Shown: positions 44,432 to 59,700 of the stretch, one piece after another
Layout: each line of letters opens with the position of its first letter
Position numbering within the stretch: the first letter of the stretch is position 1
Assembly (NCBI GenBank): GCA_964016885.1
Contig: OZ024743.1
Location: forward strand, 140,678,001-140,742,000
From: Eledone cirrhosa
Taxonomy: Eukaryota
Direction of reading: 5' to 3'
Length of the DNA: 64,000 nt
Made by a program: the position numbers and the translations under genes
The notes under the pieces: generated by a model
Told to the model about the DNA's origin: nothing
The model's database searches: none
What the model saw: only the letters and a program-made list of their open reading frames with translations

Positions 44432-47400
44432 AGCACCAAACACCAAACACCAAGCACCAAGTACCAAACTCCAAACACCAAACACCAAGCACCAAGCACC
44501 AAATCCCAAGCACCAAACACCAGGCACCAATCACCAAACACCAAACACCAAGCACCAAGCACCAAACACCCAAAACCAAGCACCAAGCACCAAGCACCAA
44601 ACACCAAACACTGAACACCAAGTACCAAGCACCAAACACCAAGCACCAAGCGCCAAAGACCAAACACCAAGCACCAAGCACGAAACACCAAGCACCAAGC
44701 ACCGAGCACCAAACACCAAGTACCAGGCACCAATCAACAAACACCAAGCACCAAGCACCAAATACCAGACAGCAAGCACCAAGCACCAAACACCAAACAC
44801 CAAGCACCAAACACCAAACACCTAGCACCAAGCACCAAGCACCGAATCCCAAGCACCAAACACCAAGCACCAAGCACCAAGCACCAAGCACCAAGCACCA
44901 AACACCAATCACCAAGCCCGAAGCACCAAACACGAAGCACCAAGCACCAAACACCAAACACCAAGCACCATGCACCCAGAACCAAGCACCAAGCACCAAA
45001 CACCAAACACCAAGCACCAAGCACCAATCACCAAACACCAAGCACCAAGCACCAAGCACCAAGCACCAAACACCATACACCAAGCACCAAGCACCAAACA
45101 CCAAAAACCAATCACCAAGCACCAAAGAGCAAACAGCAAGCCCCAAGCACCAAACACCAAACACCAAACACCAAACAGCAAACACTAAACACCAAACACC
45201 AAACAGCAAACACGAAACACCAAATAGCAAACACCAAACACCAACCAGGAAACACCAAACAGCAAACACCAAACAGCAAACGCCAAACAGCAAACATAAA
45301 CACCAAACACCAAACACCAAGCACCAAGCACCAAGCACAAAACACCAAGCAACAAGCGCCAAGCACCAAACGCCAAACACCAAACACCAAACAGCAAACA
45401 CCAATCACCAAACACCAGACTCCAAACACCAAACGGCAAACACCAAACACCAAACAGCAAACACCAAACACCAAACACCAAACAGCAAACACGAAACAGC
45501 AAACACCAAACAGTAAACACCAAACAGCAAACACCAAACAGCAAACACCAAACACCAAACACCAAACACCAAGCACCAAGCACCAAACACCAAGCACCAA
45601 GCAACAAGCACCAATCACCAAGCACCAAGCACTAAACACCAAACACCTAGCACCAAGCACCAAGCACCAAACACCAAGCACCAAGCACCAAGCACCAAGC
45701 ACCAAACACCAAGCACCAAAGACCAAGCCCCAAATACCAAGCACCAAGCACCAAACACCAACAACCAAGCACCAAGCACTAAACACCAAACACCAAGCAC
45801 CAAGCACCAAACACCAAACACCAAGCACCAAGTACCAAACTCCAAACACCAAACACCAAGCACCAAGCACCAAATCCCAAGCACCAAACACCAAGCACCA
45901 ATCACCAAACACCAAACACCAAGCACCAAGCACCAAACACCCAAAACCAAGCACCAAGCACCAACCACCAAACACCAAACACTGAACACCAAGTACCAAG
46001 CACCAAACACCAAGCACCAAGCGCCAAAGACCAAACACCAAGCACCAAGCACGAAACACCAAGCACCAAGCACCGAGCACCAAACACCAAGTACCAGGCA
46101 CCAATCAACAAACACCAAGCACCAAGCACCAAATACCAGACAGCAAGCACCAAGCACCAAACACCAAACACCAAGCACCAAGCACCAAACACCAAGCACC
46201 AAGCGCCAAACACCAAACACCAAGCACCAAGCACCAAACACCAAGCACCAACCACCAAGCACCAAACACCAAGCACCAAGCACCAAACACCAAGCACCAA
46301 TCACCAAACAGCAAACACCAAGCACCAAACACCAAGCACCAAGCACCAAGCACCAAACACCAAGCACCAAGCACCAAACACCAGGCACCAAGCACCAAAC
46401 ACCAAAAACCAATCACCAAGCACCAAAGAGCAAACACCAAGCCCCAAACACCAAACACCAAACACCAAACACCAAATAGCAAACACTAAACACCAAACAC
46501 CAAACAGCAAACACAAAACACCAAATAGCAAATACCAAACAGCAAACACCAAACACCAAACAGCAAACACCAAACACCAACCAGGAAACACCAAACACCA
46601 AGCACCAAACACCAAGCACCAAGCCCCAAGCTCCAAACACCAAGCACCAAGCACCAAACACCAAGCACCAAGCACCATGCACCAAACACCAAGCACCAAG
46701 CACCAAACAGCAAACACCAAACAGCAAACACCAAACACCAAACACCAACCAGCAAACACCAAGCACCAAACACCAAACACCAAGCACCAAGCACCAAACA
46801 CCAAACACCAAGCACCAAGCACCACACACCAAATACCAAGCACCAAGCACTAAACACCAAACACCAAGCACCCAGCACCAAGCATCAAGCACCAAGCACC
46901 AAACACCAACCACCAAGCACCAAGCACCAAACACAAAACAACAAGTACCAAGCACCAAACACCAAACACCAAACACCAAACACCAAGCACCAAGCACCAG
47001 ACACCAAGCACCAAGCACCAAGCACCAAGCACCAAAAACCAAGCACCAAGCTCCAAGCACCAAACACCAAGCACCAACCACCAAGCACCAAACACCAAGC
47101 ACCAGGCACCAAGCACCAAGCACCAAGCACCAAACACCAAGCACCAAGCACCAAACAGCAAACACCAAGCACCAAACACCAAACACCAAGCACCAAGCAA
47201 CAAACACCAAACACCAAGCACCAAACACCAAGCACCAAGCCCCAAGCACCAAACACCAAGCACCAAGCACCAAACACCAAGCACCAAGCACCAAGCACCA
47301 TGCACCAAACACCAAGCACCAAGCACCAAACAGCAAACACCAAACAGCAAACACCAAACAGCAAACACCAAACAGCAAACACCAAACACCAAACACCAAA

Positions 47401-50400
47401 CAGCAAACGCCAAAAAGCAAACGCCAAACTCCAAACGCCAAACAGCAAATGCCAAACCCCAAACGCCAAACAGCAAACGCCAAGCACCAAACACCAAACA
47501 CCAAGCACCAAGCACCAAACACCAAACACCAAGCACCAAGCACCAAACACCAAACACCAAGCACCAAGTACCAAACACCAAACACCAAGCACCAAACACC
47601 AAAGAGCAAACGCAAAAAAGCAAACGCCAAACCCCATACGCCAAACAGCAAATGCCAAACCCCAAACGCCAAACAGCAAACGCCAAGCACCAAACACCAA
47701 ACACCAAGCACCAAGCGCCAAACACCAAGCACCAAGCACCAAGCACCAAACACCAAACACCAAGAACCAATCACCAAACACCAAACACCAAGCGCCAAAC
47801 ACCAAACACCAAACACCTAGCACCAATCACCAATCACCAAACACCAAGCACCAAACACCAAGCACCAAGCACCAAGCACCAAGCACCAAGCACCAAACAC
47901 CAATCACCAAGCCCCAAGCACCAAACACCAAGCACCCAGCACCAAACACCAAACACCAAGCACCAAGCACCCAGAACAAAGCACCAAGCACCAAACACCA
48001 AGCACCAAGCACGAAGCACCAAGCACCAAGCACCAAACACCAATCACCAAGCCCCAAGCACCAAACACCAAGCACCAAGCACCAAACACCAAACACCAAG
48101 CACCAAGCACCCAGAACCAAGCACCAAGCACCAAACACCAAACACCAAGCACCAAGCACCAAACACCAAACACCAAGCACCAAGCACCAAGCACCAAGCA
48201 AAAAACACCATACACCAAGCACCAAGGACCAAACACCAAAAACCAATCACCAAGCACCAAAGAGCAAACACCAAGCCCCAAGCACCAAACACCAAACACC
48301 AAACACCAAATAGCAAACACTAAACACCAAACACCAAACAGCAAACACAAAACACTAAATAGCGAACACCAAACAGCAAACACCAAACACCAAACAGCAA
48401 ACACCAAACACCCACCAGGAAACACCAACCAGGAAACACCAAACACCAAGCACCAAGCCCCAAGCACCAAACACCAAGCACCAAGCACCAAACACCAAGC
48501 ACCATGCACCAAGCACCATGCACCAAACACCAAGCACCAAGCACCAAACAGCAAACACCAAACAGCAAACAGCAAACACCAAACACCAACCAGCAAACAC
48601 CAAACACCAAACACCAAACAGCAAACACCAAACACCAAACACCAAGCACCAAGCACCCAGAACCAAGCACCAAGCACCAAACACCAAACACCAACCACCA
48701 AGCACCAGGCCCAAACACCAAGCACCAATCACCAAGCACCAAGCACCAAGCAACAAACACAAAGCACCAATCACCAAGCACCGAGCACCAAGCACCAAGC
48801 ACCAAGCACCAAACACCAAGCACCAAGCACTAAACACCAAGCACCAAGCACCAATCACCAAACACCAAGCACCAAGCACCAAACACCAAACAGCAAGCAC
48901 CAAGCACCAAACACCAAACACCAAGTACCAAGCCCAAAGCCCCAAACACCAAGCACCTAGCAGCAAGCACCAAACACCAAACACCAAGCACCAAGCACCA
49001 AGCACCAAGCACCAAGCACCAAGCACCAAGCACCAAACACCAATCACCAAGCCCCAAGCACCAAACACCAAACACCAAGCACCAAGTACCAAACTCCAAA
49101 CACCAAACACCAAGCACCAAGCACCAAATCCCAAGCACCAAACACCAGGCACCAATCACCAAACACCAAACACCAAGCACCAAGCACCAAACACCCAAAA
49201 CCAAGCACCAAGCACCAAGCACCAAACACCAAACACTGAACACCAAGTACCAAGCACCAAACACCAAGCACCAAGCGCCAAAGACCAAACACCAAGCACC
49301 AAGCACGAAACACCAAGCACCAAGCACCGAGCACCAAACACCAAGTACCAGGCACCAATCAACAAACACCAAGCACCAAGCACCAAATACCAGACAGCAA
49401 GCACCAAGCACCAAACACCAAACACCAAGCACCAAACACCAAACACCTAGCACCAAGCACCAAGCACCGAATCCCAAGCACCAAACACCAAGCACCAAGC
49501 ACCAAGCACCAAGCACCAATCACCAAACACCAATCACCAAGCCCGAAGCACCAAACACGAAGCACCAAGCACCAAACACCAAACACCAAGCACCATGCAC
49601 CCAGAACCAAGCACCAAGCACCAAACACCAAACACCAAGCACCAAGCACCAATCACCAAACACCAAGCACCAAGCACCAAGCACCAAGCACCAAACACCA
49701 TACACCAAGCACCAAGCACCAAACACCAAAAACCAATCACCAAGCACCAAAGAGCAAACAGCAAGCCCCAAGCACCAAACACCAAACACCAAACACCAAA
49801 CAGCAAACAGCAAACACTAAACACCAAACACCAAACAGCAAACACGAAACACCAAATAGCAAACACCAAACACCAACCAGGAAACACCAAACAGCAAACA
49901 CCAAACAGCAAACGCCAAACAGCAAACATAAACACCAAACACCAAACACCAAGCACCAAGCACCAAGCACAAAACACCAAGCAACAAGCGCCAAGCACCA
50001 AACGCCAAACACCAAACACCAAACAGCAAACACCAATCACCAAACACCAGACTCCAAACACCAAACGGCAAACACCAAACACCAAACAGCAAACACCAAA
50101 CACCAAACACCAAACAGCAAACACGAAACAGCAAACACCAAACAGTAAACACCAAACAGCAAACACCAAACAGCAAACACCAAACACCAAACACCAAACA
50201 CCAAGCACCAAGCACCAAACACCAAGCACCAAGCAACAAGCACCAATCACCAAGCACCAAGCACTAAACACCAAACACCTAGCACCAAGCACCAAGCACC
50301 AAACACCAAGCACCAAGCACCAAGCACCAAGCACCAAACACCAAGCACCAAAGACCAAGCCCCAAATACCAAGCACCAAGCACCAAACACCAGTCACCAG

Positions 50401-53400
50401 GCACCAAGCACCAAACACCAACAACCAAGCACCAAGCACTAAACACCAAACACCAAGCACCAAGCACCAAACACCAAACACCAAGCACCAAGTACCAAAC
50501 TCCAAACACCAAACACCAAGCACCAAGCACCAAATCCCAAGCACCAAACACCAAGCACCAATCACCAAACACCAAACACCAAGCACCAAGCACCAAACAC
50601 CCAAAACCAAGCACCAAGCACCAAGCACCAAACACCAAACACTGAACACCAAGTACCAAGCACCAAACACCAAGCACCAAGCGCCAAAGACCAAACACCA
50701 AGCACCAAGCACGAAACACCAAGCACCAAGCACCGAGCACCAAACACCAAGTACCAGGCACCAATCAACAAACACCAAGCACCAAGCACCAAATACCAGA
50801 CAGCAAGCACCAAGCACCAAACACCAAACACCAAGCACCAAGCACCAAACACCAAGCACCAAGCGCCAAACACCAAACACCAAGCACCAAGCACCAAACA
50901 CCAAGCACCAACCACCAAGCACCAAACACCAAGCACCAAGCACCAAACACCAAGCACCAATCACCAAACAGCAAACACCAAGCACCAAACACCAAGCACC
51001 AAGCACCAAGCACCAAACACCAAGCACCAAGCACCAAACACCAGGCACCAAGCACCAAACACCAAAAACCAATCACCAAGCACCAAAGAGCAAACACCAA
51101 GCCCCAAACACCAAACACCAAACACCAAACACCAAATAGCAAACACTAAACACCAAACACCAAACAGCAAACACAAAACACCAAATAGCAAATACCAAAC
51201 AGCAAACACCAAACACCAAACAGCAAACACCAAACACCAACCAGGAAACACCAAACACCAAGCACCAAACACCAAGCACCAAGCCCCAAGCTCCAAACAC
51301 CAAGCACCAAGCACCAAACACCAAGCACCAAGCACCATGCACCAAACACCAAGCACCAAGCACCAAACAGCAAACACCAAACAGCAAACACCAAACACCA
51401 AACACCAACCAGCAAACACCAAGCACCAAACACCAAACACCAAGCACCAAGCACCAAACACCAAACACCAAGCACCAAGCACCACACACCAAATACCAAG
51501 CACCAAGCACTAAACACCAAACACCAAGCACCCAGCACCAAGCATCAAGCACCAAGCACCAAACACCAACCACCAAGCACCAAGCACCAAACACAAAACA
51601 ACAAGTACCAAGCACCAAACACCAAACACCAAACACCAAACACCAAGCACCAAGCACCAGACACCAAGCACCAAGCACCAAGCACCAAGCACCAAAAACC
51701 AAGCACCAAGCTCCAAGCACCAAACACCAAGCACCAACCACCAAGCACCAAACACCAAGCACCAGGCACCAAGCACCAAGCACCAAGCACCAAACACCAA
51801 GCACCAAGCACCAAACAGCAAACACCAAGCACCAAACACCAAACACCAAGCACCAAGCAACAAACACCAAACACCAAGCACCAAACACCAAGCACCAAGC
51901 CCCAAGCACCAAACACCAAGCACCAAGCACCAAACACCAAGCACCAAGCACCAAGCACCATGCACCAAACACCAAGCACCAAGCACCAAACAGCAAACAC
52001 CAAACAGCAAACACCAAACAGCAAACACCAAACAGCAAACACCAAACACCAAACACCAAACAGCAAACGCCAAAAAGCAAACGCCAAACTCCAAACGCCA
52101 AACAGCAAATGCCAAACCCCAAACGCCAAACAGCAAACGCCAAGCACCAAACACCAAACACCAAGCGCCAAGCACCAAACACCAAACACCAAGCACCAAG
52201 CACCAAACACCAAACACCAAGCACCAAGTACCAAACACCAAACACCAAGCACCAAACACCAAAGAGCAAACGCAAAAAAGCAAACGCCAAACCCCATACG
52301 CCAAACAGCAAATGCCAAACCCCAAACGCCAAACAGCAAACGCCAAGCACCAAACACCAAACACCAAGCACCAAGCGCCAAACACCAAGCACCAAGCACC
52401 AAGCACCAAACACCAAACACCAAGAACCAATCACCAAACACCAAACACCAAGCGCCAAACACCAAACACCAAACACCTAGCACCAATCACCAATCACCAA
52501 ACACCAAGCACCAAACACCAAGCACCAAGCACCAAGCACCAAGCACCAAGCACCAAACACCAATCACCAAGCCCCAAGCACCAAACACCAAGCACCCAGC
52601 ACCAAACACCCAACACCAAGCACCAAGCACCCAGAACAAAGCACCAAGCACCAAACACCAAGCACCAAGCACCAAGCACCAAGCACCAAGCACCAAACAC
52701 CAATCACCAAGCCCCAAGCACCAAACACCAAGCACCAAGCACCAAACACCAAACACCAAGCACCAAGCACCCAGAACCAAGCACCAAGCACCAAACACCA
52801 AACACCAAGCACCAAGCACCAAACACCAAACACCAAGCACCAAGCACCAAGCACCAAGCAAAAAACACCATACACCAAGCACCAAGGACCAAACACCAAA
52901 AACCAATCACCAAGCACCAAAGAGCAAACACCAAGCCCCAAGCACCAAACACCAAACACCAAACACCAAATAGCAAACACTAAACACCAAACACCAAACA
53001 GCAAACACAAAACACTAAATAGCGAACACCAAACAGCAAACACCAAACACCAAACAGCAAACACCAAACACCCACCAGGAAACACCAACCAGGAAACACC
53101 AAACACCAAGCACCAAGCCCCAAGCACCAAACACCAAGCACCAAGCACCAAACACCAAGCACCATGCACCAAGCACCATGCACCAAACACCAAGCACCAA
53201 GCACCAAACAGCAAACACCAAACAGCAAACAGCAAACACCAAACACCAACCAGCAAACACCAAACACCAAACACCAAACAGCAAACACCAAACACCAAAC
53301 ACCAAGCACCAAGCACCCAGAACCAAGCACCAAGCACCAAACACCAAACACCAACCACCAAGCACCAGCCCCAAACACCAAGCACCAATCACCAAGCACC

Positions 53401-53720
53401 AAGCACCAAGCAACAAACACAAAGCACCAATCACCAAGCACCGAGCACCAAGCACCAAGCACCAAGCACCAAACACCAAGCACCAAGCACTAAACACCAA
53501 GCACCAAGCACCAATCACCAAACACCAAGCACCAAGCACCAAACACCAAACAGCAAGCACCAAGCACCAAACACCAAACACCAAGTACCAAGCCCAAAGC
53601 ACCAAACACCAAGCACCTAGCAGCAAGCACCAAACACCAAACACCAAGCACCAAGCACCAAGCACCAAGCACCAAGCACCAAGCACCAAACACCAATCAC
53701 CAAGCCCCAAGCACCAAACA
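44432..53720. repeat. ~4.63-4.66 kb higher-order repeat, 2 tandem copies
   Basis: Offsets are 4625 (44531/49156, 44970/49595), 4632 (45185/49817), then 4660 (45902/50562, 47300/51960, 48504/53164). The steps are +7 and +28 bp. Confidence 0.93.
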
Positions 53721-56700
53721 CCAAGCACCAAGCACCAAACACCAAACACCAAGCACCAAGCACCCAGAACCAAGCACCAAGCACCAAACACCAAACACCA
53801 ACCACCAAGCACCAAACACCAAACACCAAGCACCAAGCACCAAGCACCAAGCACCAAACACCAAACACCAAACACCAAACACCAAGGACCAATCACCAAA
53901 CACCAAGCACCAAGCACCAAACACCAAACACCAAACACCTAGAACCAAGCACCAAGCACCAAACACCAAGCACCAAACACCAAGCACCAAGCACCAAGCA
54001 CCAAGCACCAAGCACCAAACACCAATCACCAAGCCCCAAGCACCAAACACCAAGCACTCAGCACCATACACCAAACACCAAGCACCAAGCACCCAGAACA
54101 AAGCACCAAGCACCAAACACCAAACACCAAACACCAAACACCAAGCACCAAGCACCAGACACCAAGCACCAAGCACCAAGCACCAAGCACCAAAGACCAA
54201 GCACCAAGCTCCAAGCACCAAACACCAAGCACCAAACACCAAACACCAAGCACCAAGCACCAAACACCAAGCACCAAGCGCCAAACACCAAACTCCAAGC
54301 ACCAAGCACCAAACACCAAGCACCAACCACCAAGCACCAAACACCAAGCACCAGGCACCAAGCACCAAGCACCAAGCACCAAACACCAAGCACCAAGCAC
54401 CAAACAGCAAACACCAAGCACCAAACACCAAACACCAAGCACCAAGCAACAAACACCAAACACCAAGCACCAAACACCAATCACCAAGCCCCAAGCACCA
54501 AACACCAAGCACCAAGCACCAAACACCAAGCACCAAGCACCAAGCACCATGCACCAAACACCAAGCACCAAGCACCAAACAGCAAACACCAAACAGCAAA
54601 CACCAAACAGCAAACACCAAACAGCAAACACCAAACACCAAACACCAAACAGCAAACGCCAAAAAGCAAACGCCAAACTCCAAACGCCAAACAGCAAATG
54701 CCAAACCCCAAACGCCAAACAGCAAACGCCAAGCACCAAACACCAAACACCAAGCGCCAAGCACCAAACACCAAACACCAAGCACCAAGCACCAAACACC
54801 AAACACCAAGCACCAAGTACCAAACACCAAACACCAAGCACCAAACACCAAACAGCAAACGCAAAAAAGCAAACGCCAAACCCCATACACCAAACAGCAA
54901 ATGCCAAACCCCAAATGCCAAACAGCAAACGCCAAGCACCAAACACCAAACACCAAGCGCCAAGCGCCAAGCACCAAGCACCAAGCACCAAGCACCAAGC
55001 ACCAAACACCAAACACCAAGCACCAATCACCAAACACCAAACACCAAGCGCCAAACACCAAACACCAAACACCTAGCACCAATCACCAATCACCAAACAG
55101 CAAGCACCAAACGCCAAGCACCAAGCACCAAGCACCAAGCACCAAGCACCAAACACCAATCACCAAGCCCCAAGCACCAAACACCAAGCACCCAGCACCA
55201 AACACCAAACACCAAGCACCAAGCACCCAGAACAAAGCACCAAGCACCAAACACCAAGCACCAAGCACCAAGCACCAAGCACCAAACACCAATCACCAAG
55301 CCCCAAACACCAAACACCAAGCACCAAGCACCCAGAACCAAGCACCAAGCACCAAACACCAAACACCAAGCACCAAGCACCAAACACCAAACACCAAGCA
55401 CCAACCACCAAGCACCAAGCACCAAACACCATACACCAAGCACCAAGGACCAAACACCAAAAACCAATCACCAAGCACCAAAGAGCAAACACCAAGCCCC
55501 AAGCACCAAACACCAAACACCAAACACCAAATAGCAAACACTAAACACCAAACACCAAACAGCAAACACAAAACACCAAATAGCAAACACCAAACAGCAA
55601 ACACCAAACACCAAACAGCAAACACCAAACACCAACCAGCAAACACCAACCAGGAAACACCAAACACCAAGCACCAAGCCCCAAGCACCAAACACCAAGC
55701 ACCAAGCACCAAACACCAAGCACCCAGCACCAAGCAACAAACACAAAGCACCAATCACCAAGCACCGAGCACCAAGCACCAAGCACCAAGCACCAAACAC
55801 CAAGCACCAAACACTAAACACCAAGCACCAAGCACCAATCACCAAACACCAAGCACCAAGCACCAAACACCAAACAGCAAGCACCAAGCACCAAACACCA
55901 AACACCAAGTACCAAGCCCAAAGCACCAAACACCAAGCACCTAGAAGCAAGCACCAAACACCAAACACCAAGCACCAAGCACCAAGCACCAAGCACCAAG
56001 CACCAAGCACCAAGCACCAAACACCAATCACCAAGCCCCAAGCACCAAACACCAAGCACCAAGCACCAAACACCAAACACCAAGCACCAAGCACCCAGAA
56101 CCAAGCACCAAGCACCAAACACCAAACACCAACCACCAAGCACCAAACACCAAACACCAAGCACCAAGCACCAAGCACCAAGCACCAAACACCAAACACC
56201 AAACACCAAACACCAAGGACCAATCACCAAACACCAAGCACCAAGCACCAAACACCAAACACCAAACACCTAGCACCAAGCACCAAGCACCAAACACCAA
56301 GCACCAAACACCAAGCCCCAAGCACCAAACACCAAGCACCCAGCACCATACACCAAACACCAAGCACCAAGCACCCAGAACAAAGCACCAAGCACCAAAC
56401 ACCAAACACCAAACACCAAACACCAAGCACCAAGCACCAGACACCAAGCACCAAGCACCAAGCACCAAGCACCAAAGACCAAGCACCAAGCTCCAAGCAC
56501 CAAACACCAAGCACCAAACACCAAACACCAAGCACCAAGCACCAAACACCAAGCACCAAGCGCCAAACACCAAACTCCAAGCACCAAGCACCAAACACCA
56601 AGCACCAACCACCAAGCACCAAACACCAAGCACCAGGCACCAAGCACCAAGCACCAAGCACCAAACACCAAGCACCAAGCACCAAACAGCAAACACCAAG

Positions 56701-59700
56701 CACCAAACACCAAACACCAAGCACCAAGCAAGAAACACCAAACACCAAGCACCAAACACCAATCACCAAGCCCCAAGCACCAAACACCAAGCACCAAGCA
56801 CCAAACACCAAGCACCAAGCACCAAGCACCATGCACCAAACACCAAGCACCAAGCACCAAACAGCAAACACCAAACAGCAAACACCAAACAGCAAACACC
56901 AAACAGCAAACACCAAACACCAAACACCAAACAGCAAACGCCAAAAAGCAAACGCCAAACTCCAAACGCCAAACAGCAAATGCCAAACCCCAAAAGCCAA
57001 ACAGCAAACGCCAAGCACCAAACACCAAACACCAAGCGCCAAGCACCAAACAACAAACACCAAGCACCAAGCACCAAACACCAAACACCAAGCACCAAGT
57101 ACCAAACACCAAACACCAAGCACCAAACACCAAACAGCAAACGCAAAAAAGCAAACGCCAAACCCCATACGCCAAACAGCAAATGCCAAACCCCAAATGC
57201 CAAACAGCAAACGCCAAGCACCAAACACCAAACACCAAGCGCCAAGCGCCAAGCACCAAGCACCAAGCACCAAGCACCAAGCACCAAACACCAAACACCA
57301 AGCACCAATCACCAAACACCAAACACCAAGCGCCAAACACCAAACACCAAACACCTAGCACCAATCACCAATCACCAAACAGCAAGCACCAAACGCCAAG
57401 CACCAAGCACCAAGCACCAAGCACCAAGCACCAAACACCAATCACCAAGCCCCAAGCACCAAACACCAAGCACCCAGCACCAAACACCAAACACCAAGCA
57501 CCAAGCACCCAGAACAAAGCACCAAGCACCAAACACCAAGCACCAAGCACCAAGCACCAAGCACCAAACACCAATCACCAAGCCCCAAACACCAAACACC
57601 AAGCACCAAGCACCCAGAACCAAGCACCAAGCACCAAACACCAAACACCAAGCACCAAGCACCAAACACCAAACACCAAGCACCAAGCACCAAGCACCAA
57701 GCACCAAACACCATACACCAAGCACCAAGGACCAAACACCAAAAACCAATCACCAAGCACCAAAGAGCAAACACCAAGCCCCAAGCACCAAACACCAAAC
57801 ACCAAACACCAAATAGCAAACACTAAACACCAAACACCAAACAGCAAACACAAAACACCAAATAGCAAACACCAAACACCAAACAGCAAACACCAAACAC
57901 CAACCAGGAAACACCAACCAGGAAACACCAAACACCAAGCACCAAGCCCCAAGCACCAAACACCAAGCACCAAGCACCAAACACCAAGCACCATGCACCA
58001 AGCACCATGCACCAAACACCAAGCACCAAGCACCAAACAGCAAACACCAAACAGTAAACACCAAACACCAAACACCAACCAGCGAACACCAAATACCAAA
58101 CACCAAACAGCAAACACCAAACAGCAAACACCAAACAGCAAACACCAAACACCAAACACCAAACAGCAAACGCCAAAAAGCAAACGCCAAACTCCAAACG
58201 CCAAACAGCAAACGCCAAGGACCAAACACCAAACACCAAGCACCAAGTACCACACATCAAACACCGAGCACCAAACACCAAACACCAGGCCCAAACACCA
58301 AGCACCAATCACCAAGCACCAAGCACCAAGCAACAAACATAAAGCACCAATCACCAAGCACCGAGCACCAAGCACCAAGCACCAAGCACCAAACACCAAG
58401 CACCAAACACTAAACACCAAGCACCAAGCACCAATCACCAAACACCAAGCACCAAGCACCAAGCACCAAACACCAAACAGCAAGCACCAAGCACCAAACA
58501 CCAAACACCAAGTACCAAGCCCAAAGCACCAAACCCCAAGCACCTAGCAGCAAGCCCCAAACACCAAACACCAAGCACCAAGCACCAAGCACCAAGCACC
58601 AAGCACCAAGCACCAAGCACCAAGCACCAAACACCAAGCACCATGCACCAAGCACCATGCACCAAACACCAAGCACCAAGCACCAAACAGCAAACACCAA
58701 ACAGCAAACAGCAAACACCAAACACCAACCAGCAAACACCAAACACCAAACACCAAACAGGAAACACCAAACACCAAGCACCAAGCCCCAAGCACCAAAC
58801 ACCAAGCACCAAGCACCAAACACCAAGCACCATGCACCAAGCACCATGCACCAAACACCAAGCACCAAGCACCAAACAGCAAACACCAAACAGCAAACAG
58901 CAAACACCAAACACCAACCAGCAAACACCAAACACCAAACACCAAACAGCAAACACCAAACACCAGACACCAAGCACCAAGCACCCAGAACCAAGCACCA
59001 AGCACCAAACACCAAACACCAACCACCAAGCACCAGGCCCAAACACCAAGCACCAATCACCAAGCACCAAGCACCAAGCAACAAACACAAAGCACCAATC
59101 ACCAAGCACCGAGCACCAAGCACCAAGCACCAAGCACCAAACACCAAGCACCAAGCACTAAACACCAAGCACCAAGCACCAATCACCAAACACCAAGCAC
59201 CAAGCACCAAACACCAAACAGCAAGCACCAAGCACCAAACACCAAACACCAAGTACCAAGCCCAAAGCACCAAACACCAAGCACCTAGCAGCAAGCACCA
59301 AACACCAAACACCAAGCACCAAGCACCAAGCACCAAGCACCAAGCACCAAGCACCAAGCACCAAACACCAATCACCAAGCCCCAAGCACCAAACACCAAG
59401 CACCAAGCACCAAACACCAAACACCAAGCACCAAGCACCCAGAACCAAGCACCAAGCACCAAACACCAAACACCAACCACCAAGCACCAAACACCAAACA
59501 CCAAGCACCAAGCACCAAGCACCAAGCACCAAACACCAAACACCAAACACCAAACACCAAGGACCAATCACCAAACACCAAGCACCAAGCACCAAACACC
59601 AAACACCAAACACCTAGAACCAAGCACCAAGCACCAAACACCAAGCACCAAACACCAAGCACCAAGCACCAAGCACCAAGCACCAAGCACCAAACACCAA

